From Laetmonice hystrix (Eukaryota), in the NCBI GenBank assembly GCA_965235115.1, contig OZ249436.1:51524001-51588000 (forward strand): a stretch of 64,000 nt of DNA. Reading direction: 5' to 3'. Below, piece by piece: positions 12,901 through 28,600 of this stretch (positions are counted from its first letter, which is position 1; each line of letters begins with the position of its first letter). Below the pieces are notes generated by a model. The model made no database searches and had not been told where the DNA came from. It saw nothing but the letters and a program-made list of their open reading frames with translations. Position numbers and translations under genes: made by a program.

Positions 12901-15900
12901 AACAAGATTACAGATCAGAAGTATCTAAGAGAAAGGAGGATTTTTGTCAGGATGTTTTCAAACTTGGGCTCGAGTGTGCAATTGTGCTCATCTTAAAATG
13001 ATGAAGTTTTACTCAAAGATTGTCATTGCACAAAATTTGCAACATTAACTCTGTGGAAAGTGTTGTTTTAAGGCCTTTTCTAATGGAGATATCTGCAATC
13101 TATTTATAGCTCAAGAGGGGTTCCCCCGTTGGTACATTCCCATAATGGGCCAAATCTACCACCAGGTGGCAGAATGATCTACCACCAGGTGGCAGAGTGG
13201 TTCCGTGTTTGTAAAAAAACGTCACCTGGCAGTTTCTGTTGAAGACGGGTACTTGGCTAGTCTCTGATATAGTATCTATGAAACCAAGATTACAACTTCC
13301 AAGCCATAGCCCTGCACCCACCATGCAACACATAGCAGCATGTAAAATATCTTCTTCCCCTGGACACAGGATATGTGCTCGTCAAAGAACCTAGTTTAAA
13401 TCAATTATTATAACAGCATGAAGGAAGCATGTATGCTGCCTTTCCACACTATCATCTGGCTGAATAACACCACAATCATCAACAAAACTCACCTAAACTT
13501 ATGTCTGTAAGAAAACCTGTCGTGAATTCGCATGGTGAGGTAAGAAAGTTGTAAAGCAACTCACTTCCTCGTAGTTTTGGCTTTGTCAAAAGTTTCTGAA
13601 AATACATAAAACATCAGATCTCATGACTTCTAGCATTATTGAAATTTTCTTTTTGTTATTATACTCCTTTTATATTTACATGTGCAGTACACAATAAATT
13701 ATCCTTATTATCAACTTTGCTGATATTTGCTGATTGCCTTTACTAGGCAATTCAACTGTTTAATTCAAATATTAGTGCCCTCATTCAAAATCAATTACCG
13801 GGTATTTACTCTATAGTAAATTGACTTAGTTTAAGACACCAGTTTGGGTAGCTTATCAATAGTTAATTTATTTGGAATTTCAATGTCTGTAAAAGGTAGT
13901 CGAGATTCAAAGAAAAATGTTTCTTTACCTGCAAATACTGCTCAAACTCAAGTACTTTTGATTCTAAGAATTCCTTATTCTTTGTGCCAAAGGCTTTTTT
14001 GGCTGGTAGAATTGCATCGTCGAATTCACCTGCAAAAGATAAAACAGATTAAGTGAGTATCTTTTTGACCAAACTCCACAACTAAAACAAAATTGAAGAA
14101 TTTCTGTTAATTTTGGGTGAGAAGAACCAAATGTACATGAAACTTACCATGAAACTCTGATAACTTCTGTTCCAGTACGTAAAATTCGGCATACCTCCTG
14201 AAAACAAGTTTTATGAGGGTATATGATGCAGCAGTCGATTTTTTGATGGCAGTACCATGAAAATTAAATACATTTAAACTCCACTGTCTTTATTCATTTT
14301 AGCCTTCCTGAAAATATTATAAAATCTCACCTTTCAACTCTCCAATTTGAGGCTTCAAAGTCATCTAGTAAGGAAATATAATGTAAATGACAGGAAAATT
14401 AACTTCATACCTTTTTCCCAGATTTTTTTAAATAAGTATTTAGAATACATTATTAATGAGAGGGAGATAGCACAGATAAATTAAAATCACTTGACGAAAG
14501 GACAAGAACAATATATGAGATCTAACAAGAGCTGTTTACATATAAAAATAAAACTCACTCTCAAGGACATCCACTCTGCGTATCTCGATCACAAACGTGT
14601 GAAACATTTTCTTTGGATTGTCTGGCTCTGGTCTGGATGCGACATCAAGAATTGTCACCCGCCATGCACTGAGGTCATGAAGCGGGCCGCAGTCAGCTAC
14701 GAATGAGATCGTGTCTGGCATGAAGTCATCAAAGGAGTCTGTGCGCTGCAAAAATCAACAAGAGATGTCAATAACCATACCAATATAACAATAACTTTAA
14801 TATTATACCACTACTGCAATTAACCTGACTCAACAACCAATTATAACCAAAGATTAACAGTACATTAAGGAAGAGAATATTTGACATCTTTACTCTATAC
14901 ATTCTCTGGTATTTGAGCTAATCGTCGTCAGGATTCACATTGGGTAAAGACTGACCATGATTGGTTCCGTCTCCTCCAAGGCACACTCCACCTCATCGAG
15001 AAGTCGACCCTCAACTGTAACAACACGAGTACATAATGTGGTTATTTCATCAACACCCACTCCAAATTAAAACATCTTTTATTGTATGTTCTTTTACTCC
15101 CACTCTGCCTGGTCATCCAGCAGTACATCAGAAAACAGTACTTAATCACAACACTAGAATATGGTATTCAGATTGTTGGCCTAACTTACAAATGTCAATC
15201 ACATACATTCTGTTATTGTTTTTTGGTTACACCCTGAGAAAATTTCACAAATACAGCCTATCACTTTTCAGTGACCAACACTTTAAAACAAGTCTGTTAG
15301 GAATAAAACACACTTAAACCGTTTGAAACTAAAGCTGGTCCTTACCTGTGTTTGTTTTGAAGACTCCCTTGATCTTGCTGCCTATCCTGGAAAGTGTGAG
15401 TGCCTCAGCTGCTCGCTTGTTGGCTCTGAAAGTAAATCTCACAGGTACTTCACTGCAAAAACCCAGGGCCGATGGAAACCCAAACAAGAAAAACAACACC
15501 TCTATCCAATAAAACTGTTACAAAGATGTTGCATTGTACACAAAAATAAAATAGAAAGGGCTGTTGTTACAGACAGGTGGATATATCTTGAGATAATTTC
15601 TTAAAACCCATAAATTTAGTAAGAAAGTTCTCTGTCGACATGCAATCTTTATCCAATACTGATCTCTAGTGTCCATATTTTTTCTATTTCAGGTGAAGGT
15701 ATATTTCAGACAATATCGTGTCTGTCCTTTCAGAACTATTTCATACCTAACAAAGCAAACATCAAGGGAAAAGAATGACAAATAAAATAACAAAAAGCAT
15801 ATTAACAAAATGGCACTAGAGGATTGTATACCCTGACCCAAGAAAAGAAGTTCAAAGAATGTCACATGAGGAGAGACAACACTAACAGTGTAACAGCTAC

Positions 15901-18900
15901 CAGTGCTCCAGGCCCTGTTTTTTTGTTTTTTGTTTGTTTTTGGTACGGCTTTTGTCAAAACTTCAATCTCACGGGCATTAAGCCTCTAAAGCATGTACAT
16001 ATTTTAACTCGAGCTCCATTAAAACTGAGCACTGCACAAAATGGAGCTGAAACACTGATAGAACATGTGGCACGTGAAGGGGCAAGTTTAGGTTAACATA
16101 TGCCAGTCCCAAAACAATAATCCAATTCATATACCACAAGTCATACTGACAAACCAATAATTGGCACCAGTAGTACAACATTCAAACTCTGACAAAGAGT
16201 TGTACCTGCATTACCTGGATGATGAAAACACAGGAAAGGTTTGGGGATTGTTGGGACTGGGCCACCAGCATGTCATGATATACCATAAGCAGAAGGCACA
16301 TGGGAACCCTAGAGGACCTACCTACACCATACATATACACATGAAAAATGAATGCCACCAAAGTTAGCATTTCCTTTAAAAAAAATACATCTAAAAACAA
16401 TGAAAAACTTCCAATTCCACAGCTCGCAACAAGCGGAGACAACCACATAAGATACCTAGCAAAGCAGGCAGCAATTACCTAGTGTTGTTGCAGTTAGATT
16501 TGGAGCCAATGGAAGAGCTAATAAATTCAAAGACAAGCAGCATACAATGAGAACTAGCTAGCAACGGTAAAAGATAGACTTAGTGATACTAGTTCACTAT
16601 GACAAAACGGTCAGTTAGAATGTGTTAAAGATTCAGCTCAACATAAAACTTAACTTAGTTCATATTCAATTATGCCTAGTGTACGCCTAAACCATCAGAT
16701 TAGAAATAATACCCAAAAAAACATTTTTATTTAATACTAAATCCAAGAATAAAGCAATTATGACAACTGTACTATTAACATATGGCATGTGTATGTCTAT
16801 GTTTGTCCCAAACGACGTCTCTGTCTGCACAACAATCCCTCAGTTTTGACAGCAAATTAATTAAATACATTAGCAAATTAAGACTATACATGGAGAGAAG
16901 GTACATTTGACATTTATTAGTTAGGACATGTGAGAATATACGATATCGCAACTCATTAGTGATTAGCGTGACGAAGAAGAATGACCAATTGATGTTGTAT
17001 CCCACCAATCCATACAACCAATACCAACCTTGATGCACTTCTTGTCATCTTGGTTGGCAAACGTTCACCACACAACATCATGTAATACTGGAACCAGAAC
17101 ACATTCAAGTTAATATTCAAACACACATAACACTTAATACTCCCGCTGACGATACACTGCTACAGTGGTATACGGTCATTATCATCTCCTGTCAATATAT
17201 CAACATTACTGGAAGCTTGCTTCCCCTCCCAGCTAACCTCAACTGGTGACAAATATTGCTAGTTACAAAACACTACCAGGAAATATAAAAAAAGCTCCAT
17301 CACTGGTTACTAAATTATAATTTTTGAGGTTTAGATGGTTACGTGTGGCTACACCATGCACATGCTAAAATAGACATTAACTGTGAGAAAATAAAAGGTC
17401 AACAGTGATAAGTCTTGCGTGTAATAACTGGGATACTATTGACTAGTGGGTGGGGGTTGTACATAGAGACTGTTACAGAAATGCTTGCAAAAATTAGCCT
17501 CATTAAAGATCAGTAATCAGTTTAAAACGACCAAAACTTGATTTCTCTGACTGTTCTTAGGAACTCCTTCTAAATCAATAATTATTATACTATTACTCAA
17601 CTTACATCATCACTTTGATGAAAGAGCGGTAAGAAGGTGCTCTCCAACAACGTGTAGGCATGCTCATAGGCTCTGCAACATGGTAGAGTGCAGGCCGTTA
17701 TGTCAACTACCACTTCTAACAAAAACCTTAACAGGTTCTACATACAGGAGGGGGGGGACGTCATGCACGTGAATCATTTATCCATTCACACACCCAGCTA
17801 AATATTCTCCACTAACATATTGTATTGAATTACAACAAAACTACGCATTGATCGTATGTCAACAACCTTAGAAAATTATACACTAACCTGATGTTAAAAT
17901 TTTATAGAACATATATCTAGAATAACATAACTTTTTCAATATTATAGTGCTGCAGTGCCTCGCCCTCCCCATCGTTCCAAGACACTAATGAAAGAACTCA
18001 ACTCGACATCTACTGCTTGTAAACTAAAGGGAACGATCTCTTTTGCTCTTGCCAAATCTCACCTAAATAGAGGTGTCGTTGTCTGAAGACGTATCACCTC
18101 CTCGGGTGGTCCATCACAGACTAGAATCATACATCAATGGTTTGTTACAGGCGTGCTCGTTAACGGGTCATAGAGGCGTTATGTGAAAATGGCAATATCT
18201 AAAGACAAGATCCAAATTATGATCATGCCCTTTATATTTCTTAACAGGTATGTGGTAAAGTACAATCTACATTCTCGAATAAAAATGATATTCTTACTTA
18301 AAAATTAGCTTTACGGGGTCTAGGGGTCTAGATGTGAGCTCATTGCGAGAACTTACTATCTTGGAGCTGATGAACAATATCATCATCAAACTGTATCCGG
18401 TCGACAGCATTGGGTGCACAGTACATACGATAGAGATCACGCAGCTCCTGGTGGAGTGCAATGAGCTGATCCTGGCTCAGCTCAGGCGTCAACATTTTAC
18501 TGTTAAACTCCTCTGAAACATAGCGAGCTTACATAAATGAATAAAGACAAAGAGCTCCACAGAAGTGACAAATTTATGAACGTTATGAGGATCCTGATAA
18601 ATACACTAACATGTATATTAATGATGTCAAATTCTAACTATGTTACAACTGTACCAATACCAGTAGAGCTCACCTGCACTTAAGTAGAACTGAAGAACAT
18701 TGACAGAGGCCTCAGTCTTCATGAACTGCATGAAGGGGAAGAGAGCCTCAGGGTTTCCCAGGATGTCAGCCAACTCAAGGTGAAGACACTGCAATACAAA
18801 CACATGTACATACCAAACATAAGACCATTAGCATCCTTATTATGAAACTCATGTCATCCCAATGCACCATGCATGCCCTTATTGTATTATAGTAAATATA

Positions 18901-21900
18901 ATTGAAGTAAATTGATGTCACATACTGGGTACAAATAAACCAAGATTATACCTACCGATTGACTCTTTCCAAGAGACTGTGCAAAGTTGGCAAGAATAGG
19001 CACTTCACACAAAGACGGGTTCTTACACAGTGGAGGCTGTACATACAAATGAAGAAATATGAATCAAAACATATTTCTTGTATTAAATATTTTTTAAATA
19101 CTTACTAACCCTTTAGCTACTGAGCCCTACACATCCCCCCATGCTGAGTCTCTTCCAAGGTTTTTTTATCTCGACTCTGTGACATGACTACATTTGATAC
19201 CCCCGGTACTTGTATTTACCTATAGATGATGATTCTACCGACATAAAGTTATCAAAACATTTATCACCAAATTCTGTTCTATTCTCATCATTTTGGTCAT
19301 GTGACCAAATAGAACGGGAAACCTCTCATTAAGGTCACACAGTATACTGCATGGTCTGTTATCGTCTGGCGATCGTCTATGCGATAAGCATACAACAAGT
19401 AAACTGCATCTCAAAAAGCAACTTCATGTCAGGGCTCCTAATCAACATCTATCTGTTAAAGGGTTTTGATTTTTAAATAACCAGGAGAAAACGACTATAC
19501 TGACAATACAAATACTACCGTCACACTTCAAGTATCACAGCAGCTGTGCTGAACTGTCACACATCAACCCATTTTTCAAGAATTCAAATATAAAAGTTGT
19601 CAATATGAGTACTTATTTTGAACAACACGGGATGGCATGCCAGAGTCTATACATGCTACATTTGTGGACACAGCAGAAGACATCTACTTTATAACGCAGA
19701 CCATTTCACTATTACCTTTAGTCTCCTCTATGTCCGGTCAAACAAATGGAATATACACACAACACAGTCAGACGGATACTTATATGATACACATGTACAC
19801 CATCATTTAATTTCATCACAAATTATAGAGATTAAAGATACAGCTCTGTGAAACATAATCTGAACCCTGCATATTTCCTTATCTGCAGCACTTTATTATC
19901 TTTACAAATCTGGATGAGTTATGTTTGGAGATGAGATGTTAGAGAAAAATACAAGAGGACCAGCGATGGTACTTACCGGTGAATTGTCTAAGAATATCAA
20001 CAATAGATTGTTGATTAAATCCTGAAAAGGAAAAAAAAAAAAGAAAATTTAGGACTCCATTTGGGGCCATGAAAAGTAAAAGTCATAAATAATCCTCACT
20101 GTGTAACTACTCTTGCATACAATTTAGTTCATAGCTGGATTCCTATGGGCAAAGATAAAGTGCACTCAGGAGGCAGACTGAAAACTCACAGGGTCTGCTA
20201 TCTTGTCCATAGCAGGTAATAAAATGGCTCCCGATAGAATCTCGCGTAGCAATACACACAGCCCCCTGTAATGATAGAGAACACACTTCAAACAATGCAA
20301 ACAAGAGCCCCCACCGGACACAGCTACCCTGTAACTCTTTAAAGGTCAGCAAGCAGTAATGTTGTCGATCAAATGCCAGTAATAAGAAATGCAGTTTTGG
20401 TAAATACAATGTATCATAAAAGTTCTTTACAACTTGCATAAAATTGTTGGTTACATACTTGCACTTGAGTGACTGCAGAGGCAAGATATATGGAAAGACA
20501 CGCTCTGCAGTGGTGCGCAGGTAGTCAAGCTCAGCCTGCCGGTTGCGAGCTGCACAGTGTAGGTGGGCTCCATAATACTGGAGCATTGCATCTTGGAGGT
20601 CTTCATCACCTTTGGCTGCCAACAAAAACAACGAGTTGGGGAGCTAGCTGTAAGACTTTTGCTTATGGCTCATGAGCTTGAATAATTTCAACTAAAGTTA
20701 CACAAAAAACTAGGCCCAGGTATAGTGAAGTTTTTAGACCTCGGATTTAGCAACATATAAATTTGTCATTTACATACTTATCCAAATCATTACCTTGGCA
20801 ACAACAGTCCTAGAGTAAAATTATATTTTATTCTAAATTGAGGATTTATTAGAGCAAGGAAAATATACCTCTTTTTTTGACTTGTACATAGAAGTGAAGA
20901 TGACGTATGGATGTCTTGAGGGCACTATCTAATATCAACTGTGGGAGATCAACCTAGGACAGAAATCAAACATACTGCATCAGGTCATTTCTCAGGCTCT
21001 ACACTACACGCTTGTCATACCTAAAACAATCTTTAAAAGTCATTCCTGGTTTATATGATGAGCATGGACTAGAATCAATCATTTGTCATGTTATGAATCT
21101 ACAAAATCTTGCTTTTTCTCTCATATGACACTATTACTTGAAAGTTTACAATTGAATCCTGGTGTCAGGACAAAATGAGTTTGCAGTAAAAAATCACCTT
21201 TTTCAAGCGACGCAGTAAAACTGATGTAATGAATCTAAGACTGGTTTTGAGCTCATCAATGAATGCCTCATCCTGACCGAGCTCCCTAGAAATAACCACA
21301 ATCATCCAAAGTTAGGGTGTACACGGAATTCTGCATGAAATACACTGGATATTAACCATTATATAGTATGATGATAAAATTTTTACTGTTCAAATAAATT
21401 CAGCTTTGAAATATTTTAACTTAAATTCTTGTAAGTCGGCACTGCCATGTACATTCATGACTTTCACACATCTTATCCTGCTAAGTCTGGTACATTTTAG
21501 GTGTGTTTAAATTTCCTGATTTTTATCTTTTTACATTTAAATTAAGAAACACCATTTAAATTTTTGACTGGAATGCCATTGCCAAACTTAAAAAAATTAA
21601 GAACAAAATTTAACCCTGGAAGTTTAAAGTGAAACTATAACTACCGGTAGTTAGTGCCTTAAAATATTTCATTCTGATGTTTAAGAACATAACTCACCTA
21701 TACCAAGTATATACAAATTCCTTGAGGACTAAATTCAGGAACTGCAAAAGAGGACAACAACCATATAGAAAAAGACAACTTTAAAATAGAAAGTGAATTT
21801 TAATTTTGACTTTAGTTTTATGCTTATTTTCCTCTAAAAAGCTTCATGATAAAAAAAAAACAGGATAAGTACACCTGTATCAATAAACAAAGCTGAAGGA

Positions 21901-22633
21901 CATTGTATATTTATTTGTGACCACCAGAGAGAGCCTGTTCTGGTTGTGTGGATCTCTTGCCTGTGTGTGAACACTAGGAACATTGGTACAAATCATTCCA
22001 CCACTTAACCAGGGCCCAGCCTGGGGCTGAAATACTCATCAATCACTATGAACGATCACTCTCAGTACAGGAGGCCACAAATCAATAAACTTTAAAGCTG
22101 CCTTTTTTTAGGTCTTTATTATCCTGGTAAACATGAGATCCTGCATGCAATTTCTTTAAATTTTTTCTTCCACAAAACTCTTTACATACAGAAATAAATA
22201 TTATCTTGATGAAATATTAATTGTCACAACCATGCACATACATAACTTACATCCCCTATAGGCTTACATGTGCAGCCCACAGACATCTATACAAACACGT
22301 TTGACCTGTCTGCCGGAGAGCAGCTTCAACAGTTGACTGAACGTGGGTTAAATTTATAGTGCCCCACAAAATGGGAGGGGGGGGGGGGGTTGGACTCCTC
22401 AACCCCCCCCCCCCCCCCCCCCCGGCGACACCCATGAAACCTATGTTCCTGTTGGAATGAGGTTCATACATAGAACTGGTATTTGTAATTCTAACAGTAC
22501 TTTACCTCCTCTAGAGCTGCATCAACCTTTTCTGGAACTCTCAGATTAGTCCACGGTTGCAGCGCAACTATATTGAGTTCCGGCCTGAAAAAGATCAATG
22601 ATGAAGAAGTCAGTGCTTCACTGGGCCTTAAAC

Positions 22634-22665
<32 letters not shown>

Positions 22666-25600
22666 GTGCCCCAAAAAATTAATTAACCGTTTGGGATTTC
22701 CAATTAATAGTGTGGATCAACAATGTACTACCAATAGTACATGTATATATTCATGGTTTGGGACAGTTCCAGCATTGCTCAGTGTTTTGTCTCACATAAA
22801 ACCCTCCGTCTCAGCATGGTTTGTGTGAAAGTCAAGCCAATATGTGGTACAGACAGTTGGCAGATGGTAAGCCATCAGATCGCAGGGGCCCTGGTTGATA
22901 GGGCGTCTACTCGGTGCAACAGACAGAATGTGATGAGCTTTTATTGATCTGGGAGGTCTTCCTCTAGGAGCATGACGTCCTTCAGTTACCGGCCAACTGG
23001 AGTTCTTTACCATACAAATTTGCAAAATCCCCACTCCTGTCAACACATCTACAGACATACGCACACATCCACAGTACAGTAACCTGGCGGTGACCAATAC
23101 CCCCTGCCTTCTACCTTACCTCGGCTAGGTCAACAGTTTATATATGATTTAGGTGATAAGGTTAGCAGTAGAATGTCAGTAAATGCGGTTATGGTTACCT
23201 TGGCTATTTGACTTAGTTTCTCTATTATTAATATAATTTCTACATATCCTCTCCGACCTCCTCCTCCAATATCTACTGAGTGCTAGCAGACCTAACTAAG
23301 TGTGACGGTTGCTGAACGGATGCCCTGCTGGCAGAACGAGAAGTCAGTTTGTCTGACCTAATATTGCCACTAATGATTATGTTCAAAGTCAAGTATCCTG
23401 GGTTCAGCTGTTCTAGCCCCATCTTCATTTCAGGCATCCTGGGTGGATAATACCAGCATCTTGGATGGAAAAAATACTGAAGATGTCAAATGATGAATTG
23501 GCAAAGAGCTTGTTACCTTATTCAATAACTCAGACTGCATAAATTCAAGAGAACTGAGACAGTGCAGGGGTTAAAATTAAGGATTTTCCCACAGAATCAA
23601 AAAATAGCTTCAGTAAATAGCTCCCACAAATTCTCATGGAAGCAATCTGCCTGGTTACAGGAGCAAAGTAGATTTGTACTAGGCCACCTCTTCTCAACAT
23701 TCTCCTTTTTGGGTAAAAATCATTTTACACATTTCTAATGTGTTAAAAGGTGTTAGGAGCAATTCATGAAGATGGCAAGTGTAGACAGTGAGCCTGTGTA
23801 TCAGACTGGGTGTCATAATATGCCGCCACAATGCTGCCAGCCCCTCCTCAAACACCAGCCAGTCAAACCCCCCTGACTTCACTGTTGGGCTAGCGAGGTT
23901 GGATTGTTTTGAGCAAAGTATCTACGGAAGCAAATAACTGCACCCCAGGCTGCTTATTTCATGCCTTCACAGTAGCAGAGTTTGGTAGTTCGGGTGTGAA
24001 TTAGTGCCCAGCGCCTGATAATTTCAACCCCTATTGCCTTGAATGGAAAATGGGTGAAAATATCTGTCACTGATGGCGCTACAAAAAGGGGCAATAACTT
24101 GGCACACAGCAGAGGTAACAGTGAGTAATCCTTTTAAATTATACATCGGAAATGATGATCTGAACTATAATGTTAATATAGAGTCAGAAAGATGACTTAC
24201 CTGTGTCGACTACAGTTTTCCTTGCCACATACAGGACACACCTTTTTGAGTAAACTAAGCTCATCATCTTGACACAACACCTGGTTAAAGAAAAGTGAGT
24301 TATTTCATTCACTTTATACTGATCCTTTCACATATCTAAAGTTCTTTGGTAGGATAATTTAACCCACATAGTAAACTATTCCTGTGTTCAGTCATCTTGT
24401 TTATTTTTTATTTATGTTTCGGAAGAATTGATATGAAATTCTGCTGCATTCCGAATCTCAAGCACCTAAGTTGCCAAAATGTAGTTTTTAAACTTTTTCA
24501 ACTTGAACCTGGATCTTTGTTTGGCTCAAAACTTTTCATACTGCATCATGCATGCATTTATCATTTCTTTTTTATCTGTAATGTATTCAATATGCTATGC
24601 TATTTTTAACAACCTTACTACATAGTACCTAATTGATGAACATTTTGATGTAAACAGAGATATCCCATTGTATTAGCAGTATTACCCTGGTACTACAAAT
24701 TTCCATCAAGCATGATCGTATTCGCAGTATTTCAGATGTAACATTTGAGCTTAAAATTTCAAACTACCATAATTCCCCTCACTACCACCACATGGTTTAA
24801 ATTCCAAGAAATACATTACAAAAATAGCTTGAACTCCAATTAGCCACCTTAATACCTGAAATTATATATTCATCAAGTTCTGTTCTAAACTTTGTAAATA
24901 GATGTACTTCCTAAATTTACTTGTACAGAATGCTACCTAACAAAGCTCGCACTTCCTCATAATCAATGAACCTTGATCCCTCTATAATCCACGATTACAT
25001 TCACATCTTGGCTGAGGAGGGGGCAAGATTATTATCATTTCCGTATAAAATTCGGTATTAAAATTACATGCATCCACACTTCAGCTCCAATGCTCATAAT
25101 TATTGCAGAGTTCAACTCAAGCATCCCAAAATGTATATGGCGATATATAGTAATAAAACTACAGCAGATACTGAGTCTTAGAATTTCTCTTTGTTAAAGT
25201 TATGAAGCTGCATAGGGCTATGGCTGCATATAGCTAGATATAGGCCAGAAACGACAAAGTCTTTGTGAACCAGTCCAGATTTGGAGATTTGGAAGGCAAA
25301 GCAGATATGGTGGTAAGATCTCTGGAGTCTGGGAAAGGTTATTGTCCATGATAGGCAAATAGCTGATACTCCACTTGGATTACTTTTATACAGTCCTCTC
25401 AATACATCAACATGAAATTCTGGTATACATAATAACTGCAGTTGATACAATCATGTATTTGCCTAGGTGGTTGGCAGAAGGAAGTAAAGCAGGTGGAGCA
25501 GGTGGAGTAGGTGGAGCAGGCTAATGATGCAGCAAATCAATACATCTCTATTCTACAAGCATAGGTTGCACAGCTTATTGACCCCCATCAATCATGCACT

Positions 25601-28600
25601 GAACAGATACATACTGAAGGTCGCGGCTTCTGACTAGGCTGAAACAAGGAGCATGCAACAAGAGCTCTGTGAGACATTTGACACAGTAACACAAAAAAAA
25701 TCATAATCCTTGTGAGACACGTGAATAATAGGAGTGTAAATTTAAGGGATCCATGTAAAGTATATCCATCGATCAACCCTCCAAAAATCACCAGCATTTC
25801 AATTGTACCTTTCATGTTGATGAATATGTTGGTCAATTATTGAGAAAAAAAGAGAATCTTACCTCTTGCAGCTCTAATTGATTCCTAATAATTCATTATT
25901 TACAAACCAAGCTAGTGCTATGATGGCTGATTTTTCAATTTGGGCAATTACCATAGGGTGGTTAGGCTGTGAAAATACACTTGCTGCAGATATCACATTT
26001 GATCAGCTTGCCCCCTAGAGGTATCCATCCATAGCATCGGCCTATCTCTGATTTTGTTAGGTACTCTGTTAACATTGAAAATTCGAATTTCCCATTCTTT
26101 TTAATTTTGCTGACTGCCACACTAAATCAGTGCAAAATCTATTTATAAACTTTATTAAAGCATCACAATTTGCCATTTTGTGAGCCTCTTTGTGGTTCTT
26201 GTTTATGGTTTATTCCATTAACTAATTTAGAATGATTCTTCTTTAAACTGCAAACTGTACGGTACCCCAAAATAGATTACCTGCCGATGCATTCATAAAC
26301 ATGAGGGCTACAACTGAGACTGTACTTATTTCAATGAGGAGGTTGTCCATGGCTATTTTCATTCCATCCCTTTAAAGTTATTAAACCAAAGAGCATGACA
26401 AGTGAAAATGTGCTCAAAACTTTGGGAAGTCCTGAAGTTTAACATCATTTTATAAAACAACAGTAAATCAGGAAAACTCAAATATAATTATCACAGTGCA
26501 GTTTCAGTCATTAAGGTCTCAACTGCCCTTGGGATGAACAGAATATTTACAAAAATAAAAGCTTTCTAAATGTTTTCTGATAAAAAGATTTCAGGCAATA
26601 CATTTAGACAGTAAGCTGCTTTTCACACATTTCACAAGTAGGAGATATAAGATGTGTTAGTATTATCATTTACCGGTACTGTCTTGGAATCACTATCTTG
26701 AAAACACAACTCACCTTTTTCTTTCTTACATGCCATCGTAGAAAATTTGGTAATAATGTTTCTGAGCTAAAAAAGAAAAAAGTAAAAATGGGAAACACGA
26801 TACTGGTTAATCTGATCTACAAAAGCATTTTGTACCTTCACTAGAACTATAAATTATTGTATAAAAGGTGGCCTAAATTTTTAAAACAGGTACATTAATC
26901 CAAACTCAATACCGGTATACATAAAATTTGGTTTTGTGACCTACAATTAAAGGCCAGATCAGAAAAGGACAGATCATGATGTTTTACTGTCAAATATAAG
27001 ATTTTGTTCAATAAAGGTTCAAGTGTTCAAACAAACATGAACTCAGATACCAGTAAATTAACTAATCATACTTCAATCAGTATTTTTTTAAAGTAAAAAA
27101 GGTTCGGCCTCATCTCTCATATATATTTAATCATCAACTTAACGTTTCGGGTTTATAACTAAGCATAGGCCTACTTACTTTACAAAGGAACAGCACAGAA
27201 CTACTCCTCCTATGAATGACCAGATCATCAAGAAGATGTGAAACCGGCTGTAAAAATATAAATAGAGCACGTCAGTTTGTCACATCCTCTATCAAATTTA
27301 CACTTATTTACTGGGTCATTCCATGTCAAATCGACCAATTTTGGAAAATCTTCCCGGGGGACCATCTTCGATTTTTTTCAAATTTGGCATGCAGTTAGAC
27401 CTGTGTATTTGCAGTAAAATCCTAAAATTTAAAATAAAACGGTCTCCGAGTTACACCCCGATAAGCGAGGGTGGGGGTACCCCTGAACAAAGCACGTTTA
27501 ATTCTGAGCCATTTTTAGAGGGCTACCATTCAAAAACTCTGAGAGCTCGCAACTTGTATTTTTCCCCACTGAAACTTCAATATGTAGAGACCAGGAAAAA
27601 GCAATAACAATTTATTTCTTTGCTTATTCCTTGGAGCACCATGCCCCCCAAAATAGAAAAAAACACATCGGAGAAAAAAAAATTCAATCTTCAAACATTT
27701 TTCATGCGAAGGTTATTTCTTGTAACTTCTTGATCTTTGGGGATTTGATTTATGGCTATATGAGGTGCATGTAGACACCAAAATAATCTTCCAAAAATAG
27801 AAACAGGTGGCGCCACTAGTGGCCAAAGTTGGCATTCGGGACTCCCTCGGGCATATGACGTCACTTCCTGCTATTCGAATATACCCTCGGGTGGAATAGC
27901 GGCCATGTTTGGCAACCAGATACACCGCCAAATGGAGGTGTGTAGCGAGGCACTGAGTGAACCGTCATATCCCATCGAGCCAGGAAGTAGTGCATTATTG
28001 ACACCCGCTCCTTCGGCGTTGTATGTGCAAATATAAATTTCTGGTATGAAGGGGAACGTTTGAAGAAGAAAAATGAATCACCCAATTTACCTAAATGGGC
28101 GTCAATACGGTAATTTATTAAATTCTGGGAAGCAATATGGCCGCGCCCATATACGACACGCGTACGACACTGGCCCGACACATGGTAGGACTACTTGTAA
28201 TCATGTTGTAATTTAAGTTGTATCTATTGTAATATTGCCCACTGACTTCGGGGAAAGCATTGTAGGCCTATTTTAGTTGCTTCCATGCCTGATGCAGAAA
28301 AAATACTGCAAGCACTGCCATGCTGTCGAGAGTCCCGGCTAAATGTACCCGAGATGCAATGCTCAAAATGGCACCTGTTTCACCCGAGGCTACTTTCGAA
28401 GATATGGCCGAGGATTCCCGAATGCAAAGTTGGCCGATCGCTAAATATGACCCATTTTGAGAGGCCATTTTACCTATGTTGCCAAGGTGGAAGGGCGTTG
28501 GGATATTTTTCCCTTGATAGTGCACATTTTTGCCATTAACAAAAACTAAGTCCCTAATCCCTTCCATACTTCCTTCCCTGTCAAATAATTTTTCAAATAA

